A stretch of 64,000 bases of DNA from Actinomycetota bacterium (GTDB lineage Bacteria; Actinomycetota; Acidimicrobiia; IMCC26256; PALSA-555). The notes under the pieces were generated by a model. It was not told the DNA's origin and did no database searches. It worked only from the letters and a program-made list of their open reading frames with translations. Where the stretch lies: contig VGBR01000001.1 in NCBI GenBank assembly GCA_016870355.1, positions 250,989 to 314,988 on the forward strand, written 5' to 3'. Positions 34,484-46,569 of the stretch are shown here, in pieces (the first letter of the stretch is position 1; each line of letters begins with the position of its first letter). A program made the translations under genes and the position numbers.

Positions 34484-35467
34484 ATGGAGCTGGTCACCCG
34501 GAAGAAGGCGATGGTCTTCGCCGGTCGTGGGAACGAAGCGCTCTCGTCGGAGATCGCCTCGTGCCTCGGGATCCCGCTGGGCAAGGTCGAGCTCTCGAAC
34601 TTCGCCAACGGTGAGATCTACGGCCGATATGCCGAGAGCATCCGCGGTGCCGACCTCTTCGTGATCCAGAGCCACTGCCCGCCGGTGAACAACCAGATCA
34701 TGGAGCAGCTGATCCTGCTCGACGCCGCCAAGCGCGCGTCAGCGAAGCGGATCACCGCGGTGATCCCGTTCTACGCGTATGCACGCCAGGATCGAAAGGC
34801 CGAGGGACGCGAGCCCATCACCGCGCGCCTGCTCGCCGATCTGCTCACTGCCGCGGGCGCAGATCGCGTCGTGAGCGTCGATCTTCACACCGGGCAGATC
34901 CAGGGCTTCTTCGACATCCCCGTCGACCACCTCACCGCGGTGCCGCTCATCGCCGAGCACCTCTCGGAGTCGGTCGGCAAAGACGTCACCGTGGTGGCAC
35001 CGGACGCGGGCGGCGGCAAGCTCGCCCGCCGCTTCGCCGATCGCCTCGGTGAGCACGGCGTCGAGACGGATCTCGCGTTCATCGACAAGCGTCGCCCGAA
35101 GGGGACGCACAACATCGCCCAGGCGGTCGAGGTGGTCGGTGAGGTGGCCGACCGCAGGTGTGTGCTGGTCGACGACATCATCGACACCGGCGGCACGATC
35201 GCCTCTGCGGCAAACCTCCTGATGGAGCGCGGCGCCGCCGACGTGACGATCGCAGCCACGCACCCGGTGTTGTCCGGTGAGGCGGTCGATCGGCTCGCGA
35301 GCTCCGAGGCGCGCGAGGTGGTCGTCACCAACACGCTGCCGATCGGCGACGACAAGGTGTTCGAGAAGCTCACCGTGCTCTCGATCGCGCCGATCATCGC
35401 CGAAGCCATCAAAGCCGTCTTCGAAGACACCAGCGTCTCTGAGATCTTCCGCGGCGACAACGTGTAA
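34484..35467 (+). CDS. prs: ribose-phosphate diphosphokinase
   Basis: Track ORF trimmed to ATG at 34484. FANGEIYGRYAESIRGADLFVIQS...YARQDRK...VLVDDIIDTGGT. PRPP synthetase motifs. Confidence 0.93.
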   Translation: MELVTRKKAMVFAGRGNEALSSEIASCLGIPLGKVELSNFANGEIYGRYAESIRGADLFVIQSHCPPVNNQIMEQLILLDAAKRASAKRITAVIPFYAYARQDRKAEGREPITARLLADLLTAAGADRVVSVDLHTGQIQGFFDIPVDHLTAVPLIAEHLSESVGKDVTVVAPDAGGGKLARRFADRLGEHGVETDLAFIDKRRPKGTHNIAQAVEVVGEVADRRCVLVDDIIDTGGTIASAANLLMERGAADVTIAATHPVLSGEAVDRLASSEAREVVVTNTLPIGDDKVFEKLTVLSIAPIIAEAIKAVFEDTSVSEIFRGDNV

Positions 35468-35469
35468 TT

Positions 35470-35495
35470 GGCGGGGAGGGCAGGCCCTCCCCGCC
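35470..35495 (+). terminator. GC-rich hairpin immediately after the prs stop
   Basis: ggcggggaggg-cagg-ccctccccgcc: 11-bp perfect stem with a 4-nt loop, 3 nt after the TAA. No U-tract, as is common in high-GC actinobacteria. Confidence 0.55.
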
Positions 35496-35638
35496 TGCCC
35501 CTCCCGGCGCGACCTCGTTCACGAAAGCGGTTGCTGCCGGGCGGCGAAGCCACCCGGCGGCGCACCGAGGGCGTCCACTTCACGTCAGAGAAGTGCGGTT
35601 TGGTCGTCTGCGCGTCGAACGGCAAGAATGGGCGGCTC

Positions 35639-36319
35639 ATGGCTGACGAGATCACTCTGGTTGCTGAGGCGCGCACGGATGCCCGTGGGTCGCGTCCGGC
35701 CGGGCGGCTTCGGCGCTCCGGGCGGGTGCCTGCTGTGGTCTACGGCCTCGAGACCGACACGATGGAGGTCTCGGTCCCCGCGCGGGAGCTGAACCACATC
35801 CTCGCTGGCGGCGCGAACGTCCTCATCACGCTCAAGGTCGGCGGCGACGACGCGCTCACGCTCGCCCGCCAGGTGCAGCGCCACCCGACCAAGGGCGAGC
35901 TGCTGCACGTCGACTTCATCCGCGTGCGAACCGACGTCGCCGTGTCGGCCGAAGTGCCGCTGCACCTCACGGGTGAGCCCGCGGGTGTGAAGGACGGCGG
36001 CGTCCTCGAGCAGCTCGTCTTCCAGGTGCCGATCGAGGCCAAGCCGCAAGACATCCCGCACGAGCTCGAGGCCGACATCTCGCACCTCGAGATCGGCAGC
36101 CAGCTCCGCTTCGAAGAGATCACGCTGCCGCCAGGTGTCGAAGCCACGCTCGAGCCGGACACGCTGGTCGCGCAAGTCGCCGCGCCACGCGTCGCCGAAG
36201 AGCCCGAAGCCGTCGAGGGCGAAGAGGGTGTCGAGGGCGAGGCACCGGCCGAGGGTGAGGCACCTGCCGCCGAGGGTGGCGACGCGCCTGCTGCCGAGTC
36301 CGGCGGCGCGGAGACGTAG
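35639..36319 (+). CDS. rplY: 50S ribosomal protein L25 / general stress protein Ctc
   Basis: Track ORF trimmed to ATG at 35639. RGSRPAGRLRRSGRVPAVVYG...LHVDFIRV. Acidic Ala/Glu-rich C-terminal tail. Confidence 0.9.
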   Translation: MADEITLVAEARTDARGSRPAGRLRRSGRVPAVVYGLETDTMEVSVPARELNHILAGGANVLITLKVGGDDALTLARQVQRHPTKGELLHVDFIRVRTDVAVSAEVPLHLTGEPAGVKDGGVLEQLVFQVPIEAKPQDIPHELEADISHLEIGSQLRFEEITLPPGVEATLEPDTLVAQVAAPRVAEEPEAVEGEEGVEGEAPAEGEAPAAEGGDAPAAESGGAET

Positions 36320-36382
36320 CGGAGTCCTGGTCGGATGACCGGGAGGACGCAGCGGAGTCGACCAGGCGTGGGGGAGTAACCC

Positions 36383-36994
36383 GTGCTGCGGCGGCGTCGC
36401 GCGCCGTCGGCAGAGCGCACCGGCACCGCCGCCGACCTGTTGGTCGTGGGGCTCGGCAACCCGGGTGATGAATACGCGCACACCAAGCACAACGTCGGTG
36501 CCGATGTCATCGCGCTGCTCGCGGATCGACATGGTGCGCGCATGCGTCGGGGCAAGGAGCGGGCGCTCGTCGACGAAGTGCACATCAGCGGGAAGCGCGT
36601 CGCGCTCGCGGTGCCGCTCACGTGGATGAACGACTCGGGCGAGTCCGTGCGATTGCTCGTCCGCCGCTACGGCGTCACGCCGGAGCAGCTCGTCGTGGTT
36701 CACGACGAGCTTGATCTTCCGGTGGCGGCGCTGCGGGTGAAGTCGGGTGGTGGGCTCGCCGGCCACAACGGTCTGCGCTCCATCAAGAACCACCTCCACT
36801 CCGACGACTTCCAGCGCATCCGCATCGGTGTGGGGAAGCCGACCAGCAAGGAGCAAGGCGCGGACCACGTGCTGAGCCGCTTCTCCAAGCGCGAGCGCGC
36901 CGAGATCGACGTCACCATCGAGCAAGCCGCCGACGCTGTCGAGCGGATCCTCACCGACGGCGTCGACGATGCGATGAACCGCTACAACTCTTAG
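36383..36994 (+). CDS. pth: aminoacyl-tRNA hydrolase (peptidyl-tRNA hydrolase)
   Basis: LLVVGLGNPGDEYAHTKHNVG...MNDSGESV...GHNGLRS. Canonical Pth motifs. Confidence 0.92.
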   Translation: MLRRRRAPSAERTGTAADLLVVGLGNPGDEYAHTKHNVGADVIALLADRHGARMRRGKERALVDEVHISGKRVALAVPLTWMNDSGESVRLLVRRYGVTPEQLVVVHDELDLPVAALRVKSGGGLAGHNGLRSIKNHLHSDDFQRIRIGVGKPTSKEQGADHVLSRFSKRERAEIDVTIEQAADAVERILTDGVDDAMNRYNS

Positions 36995-37148
36995 CGGTCG
37001 CTCTCTGCGACGCAGGTTACCTTCGCCGCGGCCGTTCGCTCCCTGGCGAGCACCTCCGCTTCCTTCGGTCGCTGCGGTGCCGCGCTGTCGTACGCTGGGC
37101 CGTGACACCCGGGGACGCGCGTTGCGTGCCCGGCGCCGTCGCGCGCCC

Positions 37149-40100
37149 ATGACTGCTTCCGACATCCCATCCTCCCCGCCGCTCGCAGGGATTCCGAAGC
37201 TCCTCGCCGAGGAGCCGGCCGTGCGCGCGGTCATCGCCCGGGAGCCGGTCATCGCCGTGCCCGACGCTGCGCGTGCGGTGTTCACGGCTGCCGTCGCGGC
37301 CCTCACCACCCGGCGACCGATCGTCATCGCGGTCCCCACTGGCGCTGAGGCCGAGCGATTGGCCCACGACCTCGCGGCGTTCCTCTCGGCCGACGAGATC
37401 GAGATGTTCCCGGCGTGGGAGACGCTTCCGTTCGAACGCGTGTCGCCTGCCCTCGAGACGATGGGTCGCCGCCTCCGGGTGATGTGGAGGTTGCGGTCGG
37501 GCACGCCGCCACTGGCGCTCGTAGCTCCGGTGCGCGCGCTCGTGCAGCGACTCGGGCCCCACGTCGAGGAGACGGAGCCGGTGGTCGTCCGGCCGGGGGA
37601 TCGGATCGATCGTGACGAGCTCGTCGCCACACTGATCGCGGCGGGCTATCGCCGCGAGTACCAGGTCGAAGGCCGCGGCGAGGTTGCGGTGCGCGGCTCG
37701 ATCGTCGACGTGTACCCCGTCAACGACGACCATCCGGTGCGCATCGACCTCTGGGGTGACGAGGTCGACCGGCTGAGTGCGTTCACCGTGGCCGACCAGC
37801 GCTCCACGCACGATGTGGAGACCGCGCACATCTTCCCGGCCCGCGAGCTGCTTCCAACTGCGGAGGTGCGGGCGCGCGCGGCCTCGCTCGTTCAATCCGA
37901 GACGTGGGGGGCCGAGAGCTGGGAGCGACTCGCCGACGGGCATGTGTTCGACGGCATGGAGTCGTGGTTGCCATGGCTCACGGTTGACGAGCATCTGCTG
38001 CCCGATCTCTTGCCCGACGACGCGCTCGTGCTGCTCTGCGAGCCCCGACGCATGCGCGACCGCGCCCGAGAGCTGCTCGACGAGGAGGCCGCGCTCGCTT
38101 CAACGCTGGCCACAACGTGGGGAGCAAAGGGCCGCGACTTTCCGCGCCTGTCACTGCCGTTCGACCGGTTGCTCGCGCACACGCGTGCTGACACGACCAA
38201 TGTGCTGCTCACACCGGAAGGTCCCGACACGCCGCACCTCGCGGCGACGGCGTTCGATCCCGTCGCCGGTGGGAGCGACACGCTCGCCGATCGTCTCCGA
38301 CGACTGACCGCCGAGCGCTTCCGCGTCGTGCTCACGGCCGACGGCGAAGGTTCTGCCACCCGCCTTGGTCAAGTGCTCGCGGACGAGGGAGTCGAAGTCG
38401 TTCGCAACGCGGTCGAGCCAGGCATCATCGGCACCGTCGTCGCGCCGCTCGATCGCGGCTTCGTCGTCCCGGGCGCGCAGCTCGCCGTCGTCGCGGAAGC
38501 CGATCTCACCGGACGGCGGCGCGTGCACCGTCGACCGCGTGGTGCCCGGCGCGGTGGCGCGGACCTGTACGACGCGCTCACGGCCGGCGACTTCGTCGTG
38601 CACCAGGTGCACGGCGTCGCTCGATACACCGGCATGGTGCAGCGCGCCATCGGCGGCACCGCACGCGACTACCTCCTCCTCGAGTACCGCGGCGACGACA
38701 AGCTCTACGTCCCGACCGATCAGGTCCACACCGTCCGCCGCTACACCGGTGGCGAGACGCCCACGCTCAACAAGATGGGTGGCGCCGATTTCGAGAAGGC
38801 GAAGGCTCGAGTTCGCTCCGCGGTCAGGGAGATCGCGCAGGAGCTCGTCGTGCTCTACCGCCGCCGGCTCGCCAGCTCGGGGCACGCCTTTGCTCCCGAC
38901 ACGCCGTGGCAGCACGAGGTCGAGGAGGCGTTCCCGTACGAGGAGACGCCCGATCAGATGCAGGCGATCACCGAGGTCAAAGGCGACATGGAGCGAGCGG
39001 TGCCGATGGACCGACTCGTCTGCGGCGACGTTGGCTTCGGCAAGACCGAGGTTGCCGTGCGCGCAGCGTTCAAGGCGGTGCAGGACGGCAAGCAGGTGGC
39101 CGTGCTCGTCCCCACGACACTGCTCGCCAGTCAGCACGGCCAGACGTTCCGTGATCGATTCGCGAACTACCCGATCCGCGTCGATGTGCTGTCACGCTTC
39201 CTTGCGCCCAAAGACCAGGCGGCGACAGTCGCGGCAGTCAAGAGTGGTGAGGTCGACGTCGTGATCGGTACGCACCGCCTGCTGTCGGATGACATCGCCT
39301 TCAAGGACCTCGGGCTGCTCGTCATCGACGAGGAGCAGCGCTTCGGTGTGCAACACAAGGAGCGCATCAAGGCACTGAGGACGAGCGTCGACGTGCTGAC
39401 GATCTCGGCCACGCCGATCCCGCGCACGCTCGAGTTGTCGCTCACTGGGATCCGCGACCTGTCGATGGTGAACACGCCACCCGAGGAGCGCCAGCCGATC
39501 CTCACCTACGTCGGCGAGTACGACGACCGTGCTGTGGCGGAGGCCATCCGACGCGAGCTCTTGCGCGAAGGCCAGGTGTTCTACGTCCACAATCAGGTGA
39601 AGGACATCGATTTCGTCGCCGAGCACATCCACGACCTCGTGCCCGAAGCGCGGATCGCAATCGCGCACGGTCAGATGGACGAGGCGCGCCTTGAGCGTGT
39701 CGTTCAAGACTTCTGGGAGCGCGAGTCCGACGTGCTGGTGTGCACGACGATCGTCGAGAGCGGGCTCGACATCCCGAACGTGAACACGCTCGTCGTCGAT
39801 CGTGCCGACCGGTTGGGGCTCGCGCAGATGTACCAGCTCCGTGGCCGCGTTGGGCGCCGCGGGCAGCGGGCGTACGCGTACCTCCTGCATCCTCCGGACC
39901 GAGCGCTCTCCGAAGAGGCGTACGAGCGATTGAAGACGATCGGCGAGCTCACCGACCTCGGCTCAGGCTTCAAGATCGCGATGCGCGACCTCGAGATTCG
40001 CGGCGCCGGCAACCTGCTCGGCGGCGAGCAGTCCGGTCACATCGCCGCAGTCGGGTTCGATCTCTACTGCCAGATGGTGACCGAAGCTGTCAGCGAGCTG

Positions 40101-40559
40101 ACCGGCGAGCTGCCGCCCGAGCCGATCGAGGTGACGCTCGACCTCCCCGTCGACGCGAACCTGCCACGCGACTACGTGACGCGCGACGACGTGCGCATGG
40201 AGGCATACCGACGGCTCGCGGCGGTCACTGATCCCGTCGACGTCGACGACATCCGCCGCGAATGGGAGGACCGCTACGGACCACCGCCGCCTGCCGCTGA
40301 GGCGCTGCTCGACGCAGCGCGATTGCGGGCGGAGTGCGTGCGCGTTGGTGTCCGCAGCCTCGTTGTCGCTGGCGGCGCGGCGCGCATCCGAGGTTTGGAG
40401 CTCAAGGATTCCCAGAAGGTGCGTCTCAACCGGCTGGCACCAGGTGCCAAGGCGAGTAGCGAGGAGCTGCTGGTTCCGGTGCAGGTCGACAAGAGCGAGG
40501 TGGCGCTGACGCTGACCAACCTGATCAGTGAGCTGATCCCCGTCGAGACCGCGGCCTGA
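37149..40559 (+). CDS. mfd: transcription-repair coupling factor
   Basis: 1136 aa from ATG at 37149. CarD-like region (VVHQVHGVARYTGM), DEAD/H helicase motifs (VCGDVGFGKTEVA, LVIDEEQRFG) and a TRCF C-terminal domain. Confidence 0.93.
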   Translation: MTASDIPSSPPLAGIPKLLAEEPAVRAVIAREPVIAVPDAARAVFTAAVAALTTRRPIVIAVPTGAEAERLAHDLAAFLSADEIEMFPAWETLPFERVSPALETMGRRLRVMWRLRSGTPPLALVAPVRALVQRLGPHVEETEPVVVRPGDRIDRDELVATLIAAGYRREYQVEGRGEVAVRGSIVDVYPVNDDHPVRIDLWGDEVDRLSAFTVADQRSTHDVETAHIFPARELLPTAEVRARAASLVQSETWGAESWERLADGHVFDGMESWLPWLTVDEHLLPDLLPDDALVLLCEPRRMRDRARELLDEEAALASTLATTWGAKGRDFPRLSLPFDRLLAHTRADTTNVLLTPEGPDTPHLAATAFDPVAGGSDTLADRLRRLTAERFRVVLTADGEGSATRLGQVLADEGVEVVRNAVEPGIIGTVVAPLDRGFVVPGAQLAVVAEADLTGRRRVHRRPRGARRGGADLYDALTAGDFVVHQVHGVARYTGMVQRAIGGTARDYLLLEYRGDDKLYVPTDQVHTVRRYTGGETPTLNKMGGADFEKAKARVRSAVREIAQELVVLYRRRLASSGHAFAPDTPWQHEVEEAFPYEETPDQMQAITEVKGDMERAVPMDRLVCGDVGFGKTEVAVRAAFKAVQDGKQVAVLVPTTLLASQHGQTFRDRFANYPIRVDVLSRFLAPKDQAATVAAVKSGEVDVVIGTHRLLSDDIAFKDLGLLVIDEEQRFGVQHKERIKALRTSVDVLTISATPIPRTLELSLTGIRDLSMVNTPPEERQPILTYVGEYDDRAVAEAIRRELLREGQVFYVHNQVKDIDFVAEHIHDLVPEARIAIAHGQMDEARLERVVQDFWERESDVLVCTTIVESGLDIPNVNTLVVDRADRLGLAQMYQLRGRVGRRGQRAYAYLLHPPDRALSEEAYERLKTIGELTDLGSGFKIAMRDLEIRGAGNLLGGEQSGHIAAVGFDLYCQMVTEAVSELTGELPPEPIEVTLDLPVDANLPRDYVTRDDVRMEAYRRLAAVTDPVDVDDIRREWEDRYGPPPPAAEALLDAARLRAECVRVGVRSLVVAGGAARIRGLELKDSQKVRLNRLAPGAKASSEELLVPVQVDKSEVALTLTNLISELIPVETAA

Positions 40560-40594
40560 GGAAGACAGGCGACCCCGCCTAGAGTCAGCCGGTC

Positions 40595-41500
40595 ATGCGG
40601 CGCTTCCTCCCCATGTTCGGCGCGGCCCTGGCCGGGGTCCTGATCGTCGGTGGAGCCGTCGCGCTCGCCGTCAGCGACGGCGCCGCCGCCTTCAAGGTGG
40701 ATGGGCACTCGGTCTCGCAATCAACGATCGATGACGAGCTCGGCATCCTGGCCGACCACCCTGACTTCGCCGCGGGACTCGTCGGGACCGAAGTGGTGTC
40801 GGGGACCGGCTCGTTGCCGGCTGACGTGTCCGCCAGCTGGGTGACGATCCGTGTAGTGACGACCTACGCCAAGGACGAGCTCAAGCGGCTCGGGGAGCGC
40901 GTGACCGACGCGGACCGAACATCCACCGGTCTTCAAGACTTCGCCGCGTTCCAGGGTCTCCCCGCTGACCTGCGCGCGGATGTGCTCGACGACCTTGCCT
41001 CGTTGGGCGCGCTTCAGCGCGTCATCGCTGAGGATCCGGACAGTGGCGTCGCCGACGCGGCCCTCGCCGCGTGTCCTTCGCAACGCTTCGTCGCGCACAT
41101 TCTGGTGGAGACGGAAGCAGAAGCAGTTGCCGCGGCCGGCGAGCTCGCGGCTGGTGCCGAATTCGCTGCCGTCGCGCAAGAGCGGTCGACCGATCCAGGA
41201 TCTGCCGCGTTGGGCGGGCAGCTCGGGTGCCTGGATGAGCTCGGTGACGCAGTGGCACCGTTCCTTGCTGCGGTCGACGCCGCCACGATCGACGTGGTGA
41301 CTGATCCCGTCCAGACGGAGTTCGGGTTCCATCTCATCCTCGTCACCGACACGCCCTCGGCCGGCGACCTCGACGCCGCGTCGATCGCGACGGTGCTCGA
41401 AGACCTCGGGAAGCTCCGTGTCGACGTCGATCCCCGCTACGGCCGCTGGGACGCCGCGCGCGCACAGGTGGTCCCGCGCACGCCTGCATCGAGCGGCTGA
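40595..41500 (+). CDS. membrane-anchored peptidylprolyl isomerase (PpiC/parvulin-type, SurA/PrsA-like)
   Basis: N-terminal TM. C-terminal parvulin-like core RFVAHILVETEAEAVAAAGELAAGAEFAAVAQERSTDPGSAALGGQLG...EFGFHLILV. Confidence 0.7.
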   Translation: MRRFLPMFGAALAGVLIVGGAVALAVSDGAAAFKVDGHSVSQSTIDDELGILADHPDFAAGLVGTEVVSGTGSLPADVSASWVTIRVVTTYAKDELKRLGERVTDADRTSTGLQDFAAFQGLPADLRADVLDDLASLGALQRVIAEDPDSGVADAALAACPSQRFVAHILVETEAEAVAAAGELAAGAEFAAVAQERSTDPGSAALGGQLGCLDELGDAVAPFLAAVDAATIDVVTDPVQTEFGFHLILVTDTPSAGDLDAASIATVLEDLGKLRVDVDPRYGRWDAARAQVVPRTPASSG

Positions 41501-41505
41501 CCCAA

Positions 41506-42972
41506 GTGACCGAGCCAGGCCGCGTCGTGGTCGTGGGGCTCGGGCCGGCGGGGGCCGAGCTCCTCACCGCGGCGGCGCGCACCGCGCTGGAAGCGTGTCC
41601 GCGTCGCTACGTGCGCACCGCGCGCCATCCTGCGGTCGACGATCTCCACGCCGACGGACTGACGTTCGAGTCGTTCGACGGCCGCTACGACACCACTGAT
41701 GATCTCGCGTCGGTGTACGCGAGCATCGTTCGCACGCTCGTCGACGATGCGCGTAAGCACGGTGAGGTTGCCTATGCAGTACCAGGAAGTCCGGGTGTCG
41801 CCGAGCGCACCGTGGTCTTGTTGCAGGAAGCGGCTCGACGCGACGAGATCGAGCTCGCGGTCGTACCTGGCCTGTCGTTTGCCGACCTCGCATGGGCACG
41901 TCTCGGTGTCGACCCGATGGCAAGCAGCGCTCGCCTCGCCGATGGCCGGGACGTCGACAGCATCACGTTCGATGCCGGGCCGCTGCTCATCGCACAATGC
42001 GACCATGCACTGCTCCTGTCTGACCTGAAGCTCGCGCTCCTGGAGCATCTCGATCCGGCGACGCCCGTCACCGTCCTGCACCACCTCGGCGCCCCCGACG
42101 AAGAGGTGCGAGAGGTGGCGCTCGAGGATCTGGACCGCAAGGTCGATCCCGATCACCTCACGTCGGTGTACGTACCGATCGCCGCGAACGCAGCGGCGCG
42201 AGAGCTCGCGCGGCTGCTCGAGCTCGCGACCCGTCTTCGACGTCCGGGCGGATGCCCGTGGGACGCGGAGCAGACGCACCACTCACTCAGCCGGTACCTG
42301 CTCGAAGAGTCGTACGAGGTCGTCGAAGCGGTTGAACGGCTCCCGGCCGACGCGCCAGCGTCGGTGGATGAAGCGGCCTACAGCGCGCTCGTCGACGAGC
42401 TCGGCGACCTCCTCTATCAGGTGATCTTCCACGCGGTGCTGGCCGAAGAGGCGGGCGCGTTCGGCATGGCGGAGGTGGCGCGCGGCATCCACGACAAGCT
42501 CGTACACCGCCACCCGCATGTGTTCGGCGATGTGGATGCCGGCACGAGCGACGCGGTGATGGCCAACTGGGAGCAGATCAAGAAGGAAGAGAAGGGCGTC
42601 GAGTCGATCGTCGAGGGCATCACGCCCGGACTCCCGTCACTGCTCTACACGCACAAGCTCATGCGCAAGGCCGCGTCGGTCGGGCTCGATCCTGGCGACG
42701 TGCAGGCGTCGCTGGCGCGCATCGACACGGCGACCAACGCATTGCGAGGGGGCAACGGCGACGCCGAAGCCACACTCGGCGAGCTGCTCGCGGCAACGGT
42801 CGCGCTCGCCCGCGGCCTCGGCGCCGACACGGAGTCGGCGTTGCGCGGTTGGTCCGCGCACTTCAAGGAGCGCTTCGAGACGATGGAGCGAGCCGCCATC
42901 GAACAAGGCCTCGACCTCCACACCATGACCCCCCAAGAGGTCAAAGCCCTCTGGTCCGAGACCCCGTCTTGA
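41506..42972 (+). CDS. mazG: MazG nucleoside triphosphate pyrophosphohydrolase with an N-terminal tetrapyrrole-methylase-like domain (YabN-type)
   Basis: N-terminus VVVVGLGPAGAELLT...YAVPGSPGVAERTV. The C-terminal half LRRPGGCPWDAEQTHHSLSRYLLEESYEVVEAVE...ELGDLLYQV is the MazG EExxE core. Confidence 0.85.
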   Translation: MTEPGRVVVVGLGPAGAELLTAAARTALEACPRRYVRTARHPAVDDLHADGLTFESFDGRYDTTDDLASVYASIVRTLVDDARKHGEVAYAVPGSPGVAERTVVLLQEAARRDEIELAVVPGLSFADLAWARLGVDPMASSARLADGRDVDSITFDAGPLLIAQCDHALLLSDLKLALLEHLDPATPVTVLHHLGAPDEEVREVALEDLDRKVDPDHLTSVYVPIAANAAARELARLLELATRLRRPGGCPWDAEQTHHSLSRYLLEESYEVVEAVERLPADAPASVDEAAYSALVDELGDLLYQVIFHAVLAEEAGAFGMAEVARGIHDKLVHRHPHVFGDVDAGTSDAVMANWEQIKKEEKGVESIVEGITPGLPSLLYTHKLMRKAASVGLDPGDVQASLARIDTATNALRGGNGDAEATLGELLAATVALARGLGADTESALRGWSAHFKERFETMERAAIEQGLDLHTMTPQEVKALWSETPS

Positions 42973-43031
42973 ACTTTGGGATCTACAGCTAGAGCGACCA
43001 GATCCGTCCCCAAAGTGCGTGGCGGGGGTCG

Positions 43032-44252
43032 TTAGAGCGTGACCGGGAGGGAGTCCAGGCCGCGGAGGACGAGGCGGCCGTTCCACGCAGGCGTGTCGTT
43101 CGCGGGCGCGAGGTCGGGGAAGCGTGCTGCGAGCGTGCCGATCGCCGCGCGTGCTTCTGCCCGCGCGAGCACTGCGCCGAGGCAGTGGTGGATGCCGCCA
43201 CCAAACGAGAGATGATGGGGCGCGTCCCGTCGGCGAAGGTCGAGCTCGTCGGCGTCGGGACCGAAGTGCTCGGGGTCGTGGTTCGCGGCGCCGAGGATCG
43301 TGAACACGAACGAACCTGGCTCGATCTGGTTCCCATCGACCTCGATCGGCTGGAGTGCGATCCGGCGTGAGAACTGCACGGGCGAGTCGTAGCGCAGCAG
43401 CTCGTCGATCGCGTTGGCGATGAGTGACGGATCGGCCCGCAGCTCCGCAAGCTGCGCGGGGTTGCGCAACAACGCGAGCGTGCCGTTGCCAATCAGGTTG
43501 ACGGTCGTCTCGTGGCCGGCCACGAAGAGCAGCACGACTTGCGCCACGAGCTCCTCGGTGGAGAGCCGGTCACCCTCTTCCTCGGCGGCGACCATCGCCG
43601 AGAGCAGATCGTCGGATGGAGTTGCGCGCTTCCACTCGATCGCCGCGGTGACGTGCTCGATCATCGAGTCGCTCGCAGCCATCAGCTCGGGCACGTCCTC
43701 GACAGTGAGCAACGGCTCGAGCGTCTTCACGAGCGTGTGCGACCACCCGCGCAGCTGATCGCGGTCAGCCTCGGGCATGCCGAGCATCTCCGAGATCACT
43801 GCGAACGGCAGCGGGAACGCGAGATCGGCGATCACGTCCATCCGGCCGTTCGACGCGACGGACTCGAGCATCTCGTCCACCAGCGACTGCACGCGCGGGA
43901 GGAGCGTCTCGATGCGACGGGGCGTGAACGCCTTGCTCACGAGGCGCCGGATCCGGGTGTGATCGGGCGGATCCAGGTTGAGGATCGCCAGCGATCCGCG
44001 CCGGCGCCGCTCCGGGTCGTCGGGGAAGAGGCCCTCGTGGCGGTCGGTCGCGGCGTTGTCGTCCTGCACGGAGAGCGACGGGTCCCTCAGCAGCCGGGAC
44101 ACGTCCTCGTACCGGGTCAGGGTCCAGGGCCCGAGCGGGCTCTGGTGGACCGGTCGCGCCTCTCGGAGCCGCCGGTATTGGTCGTAGGGGTTGTCGAAGA
44201 ACCCCGGCTCGAACGGGTTGAGGGTCAGCTCTTCCTCAGGGGCCATCGCCAC
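43032..44252 (-). CDS. cytochrome P450
   Basis: 406 aa. I-helix FVAGHETT, EXXR (ELLRYDSP) and heme-binding loop FGGGIHHCLGAVLAR. Confidence 0.92.
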   Translation of the reverse strand: MAMAPEEELTLNPFEPGFFDNPYDQYRRLREARPVHQSPLGPWTLTRYEDVSRLLRDPSLSVQDDNAATDRHEGLFPDDPERRRRGSLAILNLDPPDHTRIRRLVSKAFTPRRIETLLPRVQSLVDEMLESVASNGRMDVIADLAFPLPFAVISEMLGMPEADRDQLRGWSHTLVKTLEPLLTVEDVPELMAASDSMIEHVTAAIEWKRATPSDDLLSAMVAAEEEGDRLSTEELVAQVVLLFVAGHETTVNLIGNGTLALLRNPAQLAELRADPSLIANAIDELLRYDSPVQFSRRIALQPIEVDGNQIEPGSFVFTILGAANHDPEHFGPDADELDLRRRDAPHHLSFGGGIHHCLGAVLARAEARAAIGTLAARFPDLAPANDTPAWNGRLVLRGLDSLPVTL

Positions 44253-44320
44253 GGGGGCGAGTGTACGGACCGGATTGGTGGGGAGAGCCTTCCCCCGACG
44301 GGGGCAGCCCGCTACTCTGA

Positions 44321-46106
<1,786 letters not shown>

Positions 46107-46116
46107 CCTCGGAGTC

Positions 46117-46569
46117 ATGACAGGCCGCGATGCCGACGTGGACGCGGTGCGCGAGCGCCTAGGTCGCGATCCGCAAGCGGACTACGACGTGGTCGTGCGC
46201 GATCAGCATGGTGAACCCGTCGTGATTCGCAACGCGCCGTTCACTCGTGACGGCACGCCGATGCCGACGTGCTACTGGCTCGTCGATCCCGACATCGTGC
46301 GTGCAGTCTCGCAGCTCGAAGCCGACGGCGGCGTGCGCGCCGCCGAGCGCGCGGTCGATCCGGCAGCCCTGGCGGCTGCACATGTGGCCTACGCCGACGC
46401 GCGTGACACGGACATCCCGCCCGACCACGCTGGTCCCGGTCCCAGCGGCGGCGTGGGCGGCACCCGCACGGGCGTGAAGTGCCTGCACGCGCACTACGCC
46501 TGGTTCCTCGCCGGCGGGGACGACCCGGTGGGCGCCTGGGTCGCCGAGCACCTGGGAGCTGACCGATGA
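46117..46569 (+). CDS. DUF501 domain-containing protein
   Basis: Track ORF trimmed to ATG at 46117. GTPMPTCYWLVDP...GVKCLHAHYAWFLAGGDDPVG is the DUF501 signature. Conserved eno-ftsB-DUF501-ppx synteny. Confidence 0.8.
   Translation: MTGRDADVDAVRERLGRDPQADYDVVVRDQHGEPVVIRNAPFTRDGTPMPTCYWLVDPDIVRAVSQLEADGGVRAAERAVDPAALAAAHVAYADARDTDIPPDHAGPGPSGGVGGTRTGVKCLHAHYAWFLAGGDDPVGAWVAEHLGADR

Noticed and set aside
42988-43000. 12-nt string gctagagcgacc recurs at 42989 and 49190, both at gene ends. It was considered as a dispersed terminator or REP-like motif.
   Set aside because: A single 12-mer recurrence is expected many times by chance in 64 kb compared against itself. There is no extended similarity around the matches.
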